Shown piece after piece: positions 1-11,931 of a stretch of 64,000 nucleotides of DNA. The translations under genes were made by a program, and so were the position numbers. The DNA is from Dimorphilus gyrociliatus (Eukaryota; Animalia; Annelida). The DNA lies in assembly GCA_904063045.1 (NCBI GenBank), contig CAJFCJ010000009.1, forward strand, positions 1,736,968-1,800,967, in the 5' to 3' direction. Every line of letters begins with the position of its first letter. The stretch's first letter is position 1. Under the pieces are notes generated by a model. The model was not told the origin of the DNA, searched no databases, and saw nothing but the letters and a program-made list of their open reading frames with translations.

Positions 1-213
1 AATTCCTTTGATAAATTTAGAGGTTCACATTAGCTTTATATTACGTATATTACATAATTAAAACCTGCTTGACATCACCTATACGATGAATTTTTTCAAA
101 TTTCAATCATTCCATCGAACTGAACAAAGTATTTACTTTGAGCAAAAAATCACTAGAAAAAGTTTAAAATAAAGTTATTAAACGGTTGAAAAATCAATAA
201 ATATCAATATAAT

Positions 214-3111
214 ATGTCTTCTAGTCAATCTGCCGTCGAACTGAATGAAATAGATAATGAAAAGTTGCCTAAAAGAGCTAAATCTCAATCGAAAACATGT
301 TTGTTTTTGTTTGTTTGTTTGTTTGTTGTCTTAATTTTAACTTAAGAAAGATAAATGAATATTTTTTATTCAGCTGGTGTTAATAAGAAGAGTTTATCAA
401 AGTTAAATCAAAAGAAATCGTCGTTAGGCAAGCAACGATCGTCTTCGAGGCAGGCTGTTGTAAGAAATGGTAGAAAGTCTAAAGATAATTTGCGAAAATC
501 GAGACAAACTAAACAGACTAGTAAAATTTCTCTTAGTTCCGTTTCGCCAAAGATCTCTGGACAGAGTAGAGGTAGATCCGTTGGATGTTGTCCTTGCCTT
601 GATGGTGATGACTCGGATTACGAAATTAAGAAGACGAGTACCAATACGAAACCTACAAAGGCAAAGGGTCAGCGAAAGGAGTTATCTAAGAAAGATATAA
701 GGGCTTTAGAAAAAGTTCAAGAGAAAATCATGGCAGCGAAAGAGATTCAAAGAAATGCTAAAGCGCAAAAGGCCGCTGAAGTAGTTGAAAGTACGAAAAC
801 TATTGAGGCTATCGTGGAGAGGAGGCAGGTTGAAAACAATGAAAAGGCAGAGGACGGAACAGAGGACAACCCACCTGCTGAAACTGATATTACAAACGGT
901 AATCAGAATGAAGGAAGCGAAGCAAATCCATCGATGACGAGTGGAGATCAATTACCGTTGACTGAGACTGAGGAGACTATCCCCGAACAGCTTAGAAAGG
1001 ATAACAAAAGGCAATTTGAAAGTATCGAAAAGAAACAGGAACTTTCGCAACAAATCGAAAAGAGAAAAACTCTGACCGAGTCTAATGAATTGGAAGAACC
1101 CTTTTCTACAAACGAAGATGTTGTCATCTATCAACAACAAACCAAAAGAAGAAATGATTTGATTCCATTCTTCTTAAGAAAACAACCAAAGAACGAAGGG
1201 AAGATGAACCGTCACATCCTAGATAATTGGTTTAGGGCTGTTGACGATAGCGAAAATATTCCAACTCACACGAATACACTGTATGATGATAAAGATTTGA
1301 GCGGATTGTTAGACGATGTTGATGAATTAACTGTATTATTTAAAGCGATAAATAGCTTATACAAAGATTTATCTTCCAAAGAGCAAAAGCTTCATTTTGA
1401 ACTATCTAACATGAAAGACGTTAGGAAACAGTTACGAGAACTAGAGCAAGTGTCATCTCTAGGTAGAATTATGAGTGACATTTCCAACTTAAAACAGAGT
1501 AGCATGACGATAAAGGATCAACCTTCTAAGATGTCCAAAACGTCGTCTAGGTGGATGAGGCCCAAGTCCGCAATAGAGATTATTCATAATTTCTCCAAGA
1601 AGTGGAAGGATACGTCTCAAAACGATGAACAACTATCAGTTAGAGAGATATCGAAAACTCCTTTAATAGCGACAGAGGCTTCGGAATCTTCCGATCAGGA
1701 TATTGAACCAACAGCCCCTGTGAAGAAGGGTAATCCTTGTTGGGTTATTGCAAGAGATAGTATGAAATCATCAGAGTTTACATCTAAGAGAAACGATATG
1801 AGAGAAGCCTTTCTTAAAACTTTAGAAGAGCATATAGAATATCCAGGACCCACTTTTGGAAAATATCGTATGCCAATTGCAAACTTTAGAATTCCAATTC
1901 CATTACCAAATTCATCTTCTGTCGGTAGTTTTCAACTTCAAGAATTATATAAACAGCATTTTGCATCTCTGGCATCCAATACGGAAACTAGATATTTTCC
2001 ACCTTTAAAATTTATAAATGCCAATCATATTTCTATTGCCGTCAACAAGGAAACAGAGGGTATTGCTCTCCTGGGAGTTGGTGAAAGGGCTGTTGTTGCT
2101 GGAGGATATTTACAAAATTCCGAAATCGGTTCATTCGAAACTTTTATAGATCAATCAAATTCTGGAGTCATAAATTCTTTGGTCGGTCAGTGTAACTCGG
2201 AAGGTCATGTTGCGGTTGCCATTAAAATTTATAGAACAGGAATACCTAGGGCTAGCGCTGTTGACTTTTTAAAAGAAGCAGTAATGTTAAACTATGTTAG
2301 CAAGAGTGTAAAAGCTGCCTCACCCCAATATTTGGGTATAGTTAATCTAAACCCAAATTCAAGTTTCTTATCATTCGGATTAGTAACTTTACTCATTGGG
2401 GAACCGGAAACCTTTGAAGTTGTTACGTTAGACCGCCTTTTATGGCAGGAAATTCAATCTAGAAGTGAACATAAGATTGAATTGGACAATTGGAGATGGA
2501 TAAAACTTTTATTAAATTTGGCAAAAGTTATCCATAGATTACACAGAAAGTTAATTATTGTAAATAACCTTAAAATGAACTCTATTGTTATGCGTTACGT
2601 TCAAGGAAAAGGTTGGACATCTCCCAAATTAACAAACTTTTCAAAAGCATACGCCTCGGGTGGAGTTGGCGAATGTATTCTTAATAAGAAATATACGGAA
2701 TATATAAGCCATAACAAAATGTTTAATGAGGCAAAATCCTTCGAAACTGACATAACCGCTTTAGGTTGTGTGATTAGAGATGTAAATTTATCGTTAGGTC
2801 TTGGTTTAGATGGAATTGTTGAATATATACAACCGTATACACCTGCTAAAGAGTATTGGTCAACTTGCGAAGTCATAGATGCTTTAGAAGGAGCTATGAT
2901 AGAGGAGCGTAACAATCCTAAACAATTATTCAGCGTGTTTAATAATCAAATAAATAAATTGAATACTATTAACGAACGTAAAGCGGAAAGGAAGAATTCA
3001 TTAACAATAATAAACCGTACGAAATCAAGTCTAGAATCTAATAAAAAACCTAATCAAACAAATACATGGAGCCAAAATTTTAAAGATACCTGTTGCGAAT
3101 GTTTTCCATAA
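214..3111 (+). CDS. Pseudokinase: basic/acidic disordered N-terminal half plus degenerate C-terminal protein-kinase-like domain (~940 aa)
   Basis: 918-aa ORF 355..3111, extendable in frame by exon 214..298 (ATG, GT at 299, AG at 372-373, phase 1). Kinase subdomains are recognisable: LGVGERAVV (Gly loop), VAIK, KEAVML (alphaC Glu), IIVNNLKMNS in place of HRDLKxxN, TNFS in place of DFG, TDITALGCVI (subdomain IX). Confidence 0.8.
299..328 (+). repeat. (GTTT)n microsatellite at the 5' end of the pseudokinase intron
   Basis: gtttgtttttgtttgtttgtttgtttgttg read directly. Confidence 0.85.
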
Positions 3112-3382
3112 GAGACATTTATAAGAAAAACATCTTTTGAAGTTGGGTTATTAGTACTTCATTATATTAGACAATGCGTTATATTTCTTATAAGGAATAC
3201 AGAATAAAAAGTCTTTAAAAGTGTTTTTTATTCATTTTCTTCTATTATATTTTTATATAATGGATAAAAGCTAACTTAAAAGGTTTTTTTATATGTTTAT
3301 ACAAGTTTATTTGATTTGTCATATCAAAATTGTACGAGTTGTCTTAAAAGAGGTCGAAAAAAAACCCAACCGGTCATTTAAA

Positions 3383-4178
3383 ATGACCTTGACATTAGTA
3401 AGCAGAGTATCACGCGGTCTTTGCCGTACAACTCTTTTAAACAATCAGCTAAGCAGTGTACAGTTATTAAAAGTTAGTAATAATGAAAGGAATGTTAGTA
3501 CTACTGCAATTCAGCAATTAAAAACTAGTAAGTCTTGATATATTGAGATGATCTTGTATTTTGCTTATAATATCGCTCATTCAATATTGCAGTTCAAAGA
3601 AAAACTGAGAATGATATAACAACAGTAAGAAATGAACAGTATTTTTTTGCAAATTCAAAAATTAAAACTTTTTTACTATATAGATTGAAGGAGTTTTTGT
3701 GGAATCAGATCGCAAGGATACTGTAGTTAAAGTAGAAAATGAAAAGAATTTATGTCCCTTATGTCCTTTTAAATTAGGCTTTGAAATAAAATATTCAGTT
3801 TGTATTTAAATAAATACTTGATTTCTTAATATATTCAATAATATCTCAAAAAAACAGGACGTCCTCATAATAAGTCAATTTTTAAAAGCCGACGGACACC
3901 TTCTACCTAGAAGAGCTACTGGCCTTTGCGAGAAAGCTCAAAGAAAATTACTATTAACTGTTCACAAGGCTCAACGCGCCGGTAAGACACTTCTTAATCC
4001 AGTTGTTATAAGAAATTTACTCCTTTAAGCTATTTTTATTAACTCTTTTTTCATATTCCATTTATCAAATATAGGTTTAATGCCTGAATTAAGACCCGAT
4101 TTAAAGGATGGAAACTTAAGAACAAGCGTTAAAAGAAACTATAAATGGCAAAAATATTATACATATTACGACTGCTAA
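3383..4178 (+). CDS. MRPS18A: Mitochondrial ribosomal protein S18A (mL66), 5 exons
   Basis: Basic, hydroxyl-rich presequence MTLTLVSRVSRGLCR; spliced exons give IEGVFVES..CPLC..KYS|DVLIISQFLKADGHLLPRRATGLCEKAQRKL..HKAQRAG|LMPELRP..*, matching the S18 family and the S18A subtype; canonical splice sites. Confidence 0.85.
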
Positions 4179-4265
4179 AGAATGAAAAGAGATAAAACTT
4201 TCTTTCAATTTTGTTTTTTTTTGTAATTGTAAAATTTTTAATATAAAAAAAGAAATAAGAAATAT

Positions 4266-6558
4266 TTAATGAGATGATACTGCTTTAAAATATCTGCAAA
4301 ATTTTTCAGTTTCACGAACTGATTTGTCAGATTGACTAAGTTTTTCCAAAGCTAAATCCTTAGCCCTGATTGCCTGAGCGGAACTAAGTCCATTCAACCA
4401 CATTTCAGCAATAGATTTTGCCCTTTCCAAATTTGATAAATCTTGACTCTGATCGGAGAATTGCTGCGAATGATAAGATATTTTACGATTGTCAGGATAC
4501 TTTCTAAGAGTTGCTGAACTTTGTCTTTGACTACCGACTTCGTAAGCGGCTTGAACGACGAGACTATTAGTATCAATATAGGCCAAATTGCTCGTTTGAA
4601 AAGTAATACCCTGTAATCCGCTATGATTTCTAGCCGCTTGTTTAATTTTTACGTATTCTCTAGGGCAATCTCGTACTAGTTTCAAATAATTTAATAACGG
4701 AGTCAAATCTTCTAATTTAAGACGTTTTTCACAAACTTCCTGATTGTTGTGATTCGAAGTGGATGGTCGAACTAGTCTTCGAGTGGAAAAATCCCTGGTA
4801 GATGATTGCAGTTCATACGTTGGTGTTGTTGGTTGAGATCTAATTTGTAAATTTTTTTCCGGTGTGGAGGGTAATACTCGCCTTCTCTGGTAGGAACTGG
4901 AACTGTTCTCGTTTGCTGATTTCGTAGGAGGTCTTGGTAGTATTCTCCTATTTGTAGAACTTAGATTCTTTGCGGGTTCACTCTTAGGTCTATTTGTTAA
5001 AGAGGGTTCAGAAATCCTGAGAATAGGAGTAAATCGAATTTGTTTAGTAAGATGGGTTAAACGATTTTCCACCTCTCGTGGATGTACGCTTTCGGGCATT
5101 GCACGGACATTGTCTATATTCTTCTGAACTTTTTCTGATAGCTTCCGTTCATTAGTCATCATAGTTCTAGGAGTCACAGGAGCGCTCATCGGCCTAGTCT
5201 TTTGTTTACTTTCCGGTAATTTAACAACAGAACCAGTTGGTCCTGTAGCTCGAACGTTTTCAACGTCCCTAGATAAAGATCGCAAATTATCCATTGAAGT
5301 ATAGCTAGTGTGATTTGTTCTAAGGGATGAACAATCGGCAACTTTATTGTTAGTCAAACTACGAGAGCGTTTGGTTAACTTAGCAGCTTTCGGTCTTTTA
5401 AGAACAGGTACTCTCTCCTGTTCCTTCACTGATTTAGTTTGCTTCGTTGCTGATGATTTACGATTTTTCATTATAGATAAAGCCTTTTTGACTGTTTCTT
5501 CCGTGTCTCTTCTTACCTGCTCTCGGCTTGGTGGGGCTTGATATCTATCCGGACTTGCTTCTGATTTTATAGGATTATTGAAACTACGATCCGGACTCAT
5601 TGCAGTTCGAGTGGGGCTCATTGCGCTGCGTCGTGGGTCTACAACACTCCGCTTCGGACTGGAGTTGCTTGGATTGGGAGCTATTCTAACTTGTCGATGC
5701 CTATCTCGTGATCTTCCTCGTTCTTCTAGTATGCTAGTTGTTTTAACGGTTTGGGGAACCTCGACTGTACCGGGGAGTAGTTCTAACGTTGGTTCGGAAT
5801 GAAATTCATCTTCCTGATTTTTGACAATATCATTCAAAGCCGGACGCTTAGCGTTGGGATCTTTCCGGTTACTGTTAGACAGATAACTGTAATTCCAATC
5901 TATATCATCGAAAGTTCTGGGCTTTGCAGGTTTTGGAGGTTCAGTAGCGGTAGAAATCCTTTCAACATGACCATTCATTATTGGCGCATCTTTCTTAAGT
6001 GTTTCATTATTACTTGTATTACTATCTTCTTGAACGTTATCACTGTTTTTCGTATCCGTAACAATACTTGTCTTATCTTCATTAATTGTTGGTAAATTTA
6101 CATCAACGTGAACTTTATCCCGATATTTTTTATGTTTTTTAAAATGTTGATGTTCAATGGTTCTTGCATCTTTCCTCGTTTTGGGCGATTCGCCCGTAAC
6201 AGACACAGTTATCTCACAATTATCAATTAGCTTCTTTTCAGTACTTATAGGTCTACTCTGAATAACTTGATAATCCTGTTGAGATATTAATGTTCTAATA
6301 ACATCTTCTTCCCTCTGCCAGCTACTTCTCGCAACTTTCTTAACTGAGAAAGATCAGCGGCTTAATATATTAAAATATCAACACAAGTGTTTTTCTAATA
6401 CCTTTTATTGAGCTCCAAGCTCCCATGGGACGGGTAGTTTCTTCCGGAGTTTTCGGTAGTTGACGTCTAGGTTTCTGCTTATCATCTGAACTATCCTTAA
6501 ATGGTTCAACTCTATCAGTTTTTGATGATCTTAGTCGGTTATACAGTTTTCCAAGCAT
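4266..6558 (-). CDS. Uncharacterised Ser/Arg/Pro-rich, largely disordered protein (~744 aa, 2 exons)
   Basis: Exon 6558..6402 joins exon 6343..4266 in frame through a 58-nt GT-AG intron; 646-aa open frame in the track; no family recognised. Confidence 0.75.
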
Positions 6559-6894
6559 TTTCTCAACGGCTCTGAACGAAAAAAACACATACGCCGTCGT
6601 CTAGCGAATAATGAACAATTTTTTTGCTAAGCCTCCCCAGATTAACTACGGTTGAATTGTGTTAAGTCTACAATTAACTGGGAGGCACAAAGCCGTATCT
6701 ATACTGTTAATCAATAACTAAAGATCCTATATTAACCTTGCTGTATTTTGTAATGAATTAATAGCATACAGGTTTATGTTTACACTAGTTTTGTATACCC
6801 TCCAGTTATTTCGACGACCGTTTCGTATTCGTTTACAATTAAACGTGAGAACGAGCAATCTAAAGAATACATTGAAATATAATAGTGAATAAGC

Positions 6895-8271
6895 CTAATC
6901 GTCCAGAGGGAATTCATAAATAGTTGAATGTTCATAAACATCTCCACAATTTATAACGCAATTGGGAAAGTTTTTCTGTTTAGGAAGAAAAAGAATAGTT
7001 TGTCAAAAATTCTTTATCAATATTGGAATAATGTTATTTTTATATATAATTGAATCTTATCAATTTACCTGGTTAATGCAATTAGGGAAATTCTGGGCCT
7101 CTAGGCATAAAGCAGCGTGGGAATTATACTTTTCATGATTTTTTCCAACATTATCCAGGTGATTTCCTGTATAAAATTGTAAACCTGCCTGCGTTGTATA
7201 GACATTCATACGACGTCCACTTTCGTTATGACGAACGCTGATAGGCGCATAATATAATATAAATTTGCATAATAATTTATTTATTAAAATTTACAAACCG
7301 TGCAACTAGTTGAATATCTCTTTTAATTTCTTTCCAACCTTTAACGCAATAATTATTGTCGTAACCGTTTAGTTCAGGCAATTCTTTTATCATATCACCC
7401 ATTAACTTTGGTTTCCTTAGATCAAAAGGTCCGGTTACTTGGACTATTTGACCAGTTGGTATATTATTTACGGCAGGCGTATACTCGTCGCATAAAATTT
7501 GAACGCTATGATTATAAACATCTTTCTCTTTCATGCCGCTAAGGTTAAAGTAAGAGTGATTTGTAATATTGCAAGGAGTTGCCTTATCCGTTGTTGCGTT
7601 ATAATCAATCTTTAAACCGTTATTATCGGTTAGTGAATATTTAACGTTAAGGGTCAAATTTCCAGGGAAACCTTCTTCGCCATCAACCGATTTGTAAGTC
7701 ATTGTCACTGCCGAATCGTCCACTACAGTAGTATAGATTTTCTGTTTAGATAATAGATTAAGTGGCTTTATTATAGTTAATCGTATTTCGAAACCTTATT
7801 AAATCCTTCTTTCCCGCCGTGCAAGGTATTAGGGCCGTCATTAGCGTAAAGTTTATCGTAAAGGACTCCGTCACAATAAAATTTTGCATTGGCAATCCGA
7901 TTAGCGAATCTTCCAATTGTGCAACCGATATATGGTATATTCTTCGTATACTCTAAAAAAGCAATTATTCTATTAGGAATGGCGAATATTAAAATCATCT
8001 GTATAGACTGTTCAAACCTTCTAACGTATCGTATCCTAAGACAACATCACCTTTAATACCATGTGCATCAGGTACTTTAATGGACGTTATTGTTGCTCCA
8101 TAATTTATTATAGAAACCTCAATAGACTCGTTTTGTAGTGTATACCTTTCATTAAAAGATTATAATCATTTAACTCGGAATAATGCTATCAAATGTATTT
8201 TATTACTTCTTTATTATGGTTTCTCCATTATGCAATGCACCAAAGACTTCCTCTAGAATTTTAGTAGGCAT
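6895..8271 (-). CDS. GALM: Galactose mutarotase (aldose 1-epimerase)
   Basis: Spliced motifs [77 protein letters not shown]; catalytic His and Glu present. Confidence 0.95.
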
Positions 8272-8672
8272 TTTATACTTGTTTTGTTGATATGAGAAAA
8301 ACGCCCTAAAAGATTGACAATTACTTGAAATGATCAAAATCTAAAAATATAGTTTATTTTTAAATGTTATTCTATTTTCAAGCTTTTCCAGTTGATTAGA
8401 AGTTTTAAGTACAAGATTAATTTTAATTGGTTAATTAAATAATGATCTTATTTACAGAAATATTCTTAAACTTACACAATACGACCAGTATACAAAGCGA
8501 TAATGAATTGAGTAATTGTCAATATCGGACATTGTCCTACATATAACGAACATCGAATAATATTTGAATGTAATATATTTTTTAGCGGGAAAAAACAAGT
8601 TCTTTGCATTAAATAAAAAGGAAAATAGTACATGTACAAGGAAAAATGTGTTTATTGCTATTTGCATAATAA

Positions 8673-10454
8673 TTATTCAAATCCAGTTGTTAGGGCAGTA
8701 TTATGTACTCTAAGAACAACAGGAACGGATGTACAAGGTAACATTCCAATTTCGGTTATGACTAATGAGACTAAATCTGGTGGTGTTACGTCGTAGAGTA
8801 TGTTTAATAAATATAAATTTTCCATTGTTTTCCAATTTTCCAAAGGTTTAACTAATAGACCATTTTCCACAAGATCGCTGGGATCATCTAGAAATGTGAA
8901 AAGAAATTAGGAAGGTTTATTGATAGTAATAAAAATAAATATTCTTGTTAACATACCTAATTCATTAAACACGAATGAATCGGTTTGTACTCTATCGCAA
9001 AATTTATAAGTTTCACAACAAACAAGTACAGGAACATTATAAACTTTGGCAGCTAAGGCAACTTGTCCGCTACCAATTCTACACATTACATAACCATTTG
9101 CCAATAGACCATGTGCTCCTAGAAAAACCTTAGTCACCTGTAGATGACGTATTTTAGAGAATAAATAATTCAGATAGTTTCAATATTGAATACCTCTTTC
9201 ATAGCATATGCTGTCGCGTTAATTAAAGAATAGGAACATTCTATACCTTCTTTCAACAATTTTCTCAACATTTCTTTTCCTAATAGCAGAAGCAGTTGGT
9301 TTTTTTTTTATAGGAAATTGTTAAATAAATGAATGATATCTATACCTTCCATTCTTGGTCTTCCATCAACTACTATCACCCTAAATTGTATCTTTCTTTC
9401 ATGTGCTTTGCATAATACTTTCAGTATAAGAGAAGAGCTGTTAAAAAAATGTAAATTAAACTACTACATTCACTATATATGATTAAACTGAACGGCGATA
9501 ACTTACGCTCCATATGTTAAAATGACATCACCATTTTTTATCTTGTCAGCCGCTGTGTCAGAAATAGCTTCATCGGCAAGGATTATCTTTTCTTTAATAA
9601 AGTCATCAATACATTTACGCAGAGTCTCTTTTGCTTTATCATCGGGTTCTGATGATTTTATGTTATTTAAATTATATTTAAAATATCTGATAGCGTTTCC
9701 CATAGAGACTCCCATTGGCCGTGATTGTTTTAAAAAGCTGATTTGAGGCTTTAACATGGCATCAAAGTCTCTATTTAACTCTTTATGCAGAGGTGTAGAA
9801 TAGTCATTGATAAGTTTTTTCAAAACAGATAAAAGAGCTATGCATCGAGCGTTGGAGCCACAGATCACTCCTTGAGCATATTGCACTCCAAGACGAATGA
9901 CTGCCGGATGAATTGTATGAGAAGCGAATGATATTGTTTCAGTTAACGTATTTTCTCTTTCGAATTGATTCAAGTGCGAAAATAGACCGACTTTGCGCTG
10001 AAATGATTTACGTTGAGGAACCCGTTGTTTCTCTAATCTTTTGGCTTCTTTCTGCTGTGCCCTCTTATCAGACTTAACTTCAGTTGCTATACAAGCAAGG
10101 AAATAGGTTAAATAGAAGATTTAGACTATAAGCATCAACTTTTTTATGACTTACGCTCTTCTTGTTTTTTTTGTTGGTTGTCTTTTTTATTCTGCTCAGC
10201 AGCTTGTTTTTCGGCCTTTAATTTCCTTTGTTTTTCCTAAATTCAACATGTTATGACTTGTATAGAAAACAATAAAATCAAATTTAAAAAATTACTTGAA
10301 GGGCTCTTCTCTCTTCCTTCAATTGCTTTTTGCTTTTCTGAGCAGTTTCCGTATTGTCCTTTTTACCATCATTTAACTTAGAATTTTCATTTCCAGTTTT
10401 ATTTTTCATATTAGAATCCTTTGCAGTATTTGGAGGCTTATTTGATTCTGACAT
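8673..10454 (-). CDS. EIF2B4: Translation initiation factor eIF2B delta subunit
   Basis: Lys-rich N-terminus; [97 protein letters not shown]. Confidence 0.93.
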
Positions 10455-10705
10455 CTTCTGATTTATGTAATGGCAGCCAGACCTATAATAACTTTTCTGA
10501 TGCAAAAAAAAACGATTACAACGCAATGCGATTAATAAGAACCTTGCGAAAATCCAACACGACCTTTCACAATCATGTTTTAATGATTAAAAAAAATTCA
10601 TATTTTATCTCTAAATTGACGTACTGGTTAAATATTAAAATATTAGTTATTAAAAAGTGATTATCTTATGTTATAAAAAATTCGAAGACGTTGCCAAAAA
10701 CCGAT

Positions 10706-10721
10706 TTCCTGTCTCTTTTTC
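10706..10721 (+). promoter_or_regulatory. Pyrimidine-rich 5'TOP/TCT-like start region of RPL19
   Basis: ttcctgtctctttttc lies ~20-35 nt upstream of the RPL19 ATG, as is typical of ribosomal protein genes; the TSS is not known. Confidence 0.5.
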
Positions 10722-10742
10722 GATCGTGGTGAAACACGGAGC

Positions 10743-11608
10743 ATGAGGTTTCTATTTTTTTCTAATTTTACGCTGGATAATTGCTAATAGTGTACAATTT
10801 TTGACTAATTTTTTAAATAAAATTTTTTTCAATCCGATAGAAATTTTTGTATGATGTTTTTTACGGAATTCTTTGAAATTTTGTAATTTTGTTCAAACAG
10901 TACTCTACGGCTTCAAAAGAGGTTGGCAGCCTCCGTGTTGAAGTGCGGCAAGAACAAAGTTTGGTTAGATCCTAATGAAACTAATGAAATCGCTAACGCC
11001 AACTCAAGTAAGAGACTAAATTGATATTAAATTCTAATATCATTTACTATAAATGATTTGTTAATCTTAGGACAAAATGTAAGAAAATTGGTTAAGGATG
11101 GTTTAATCATCCGCAAGCCTGTGGCAGTTCACAGCAGGGCTCGTGTCCGTACAAATGAAATCGCTCGTCGTAAAGGAAGACATACCGGAAGAGGTAAAAG
11201 AAAGGGTACGGCCAATGCTCGTATGCCTGAGAAGATTGTCTGGATGAGGAGGATGCGTGTTCTTAGAAGACTATTGAAAAGATACAGAGATTCCAAAAAG
11301 ATCGACAGGCATCTGTATCACGTTTTGTACTTGAAGTGCAAAGGTACCTTAGCAAAAGCTTATTCCGAGAGAAAAATCTTAATCGTACTTAAATTTTAGG
11401 TAATGTCTTCAAGAATAAGCGTGTTCTCATGGAACACATCCATAAGAAGAAGGCTGAACGTGCAAGATCCAAATTGCTTGCTGATCAAGCTGAAGCTAGA
11501 AGGAATAAAGTCAAGGAGGCAAGAAAGAGACGAGAGCAAAGAGTAGCTGAAAAGAAGCAAGAACAGCTAAGAATGCACGCTAAAGAAGACGCTGCCGCCA
11601 AGAAATAA
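10743..11608 (+). CDS. RPL19: 60S ribosomal protein L19 (eL19)
   Basis: ATG AG|intron|T ACT: [28 protein letters not shown]; [14 protein letters not shown]; [21 protein letters not shown]; [15 protein letters not shown]. Confidence 0.97.
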
Positions 11609-11931
11609 TTTACAGTTTCAAATAAAACACTTGTCTTTGACCGTGGATTTGTTTTTCATAGTAATTTATAAAAGTAGGCGATATTTTACCTGAAGCATAA
11701 GCTCAGTGGAATATTTCATATAAATTAACACAGACAAATGAGATCAATTGTAAGTGGATTCACAGAATGTTTACAACTGTCTAAAAAGCATTTTATGCCA
11801 CTTAACTAAGTATTATTTATACTTGTACAGTTAAGATTTTACCCAGTTAACAATTTTTTTCACAAGTGAACAAGCTGAAAGACTTTCTTGAAAAGCAATT
11901 GATATAAAGTATTGGTTAGTGACTAGAATGC

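Noticed and set aside
467-6095. Short ORFs overlapping the first and third genes (467..700, 706..951, 952..1140, 2601..2915, 4394..4576, 5347..6095)
   Set aside because: Antisense or alternative-frame shadows of long coding exons, with no motifs or independent splice logic. The same applies to similar shadows inside ANAPC1, GT61, PI4KA and TECPR2.
10748-10900. Possible intronic snoRNA in RPL19 intron 1
   Set aside because: Only an imperfect C box (ATGATGT), no CTGA D box and no terminal stem.
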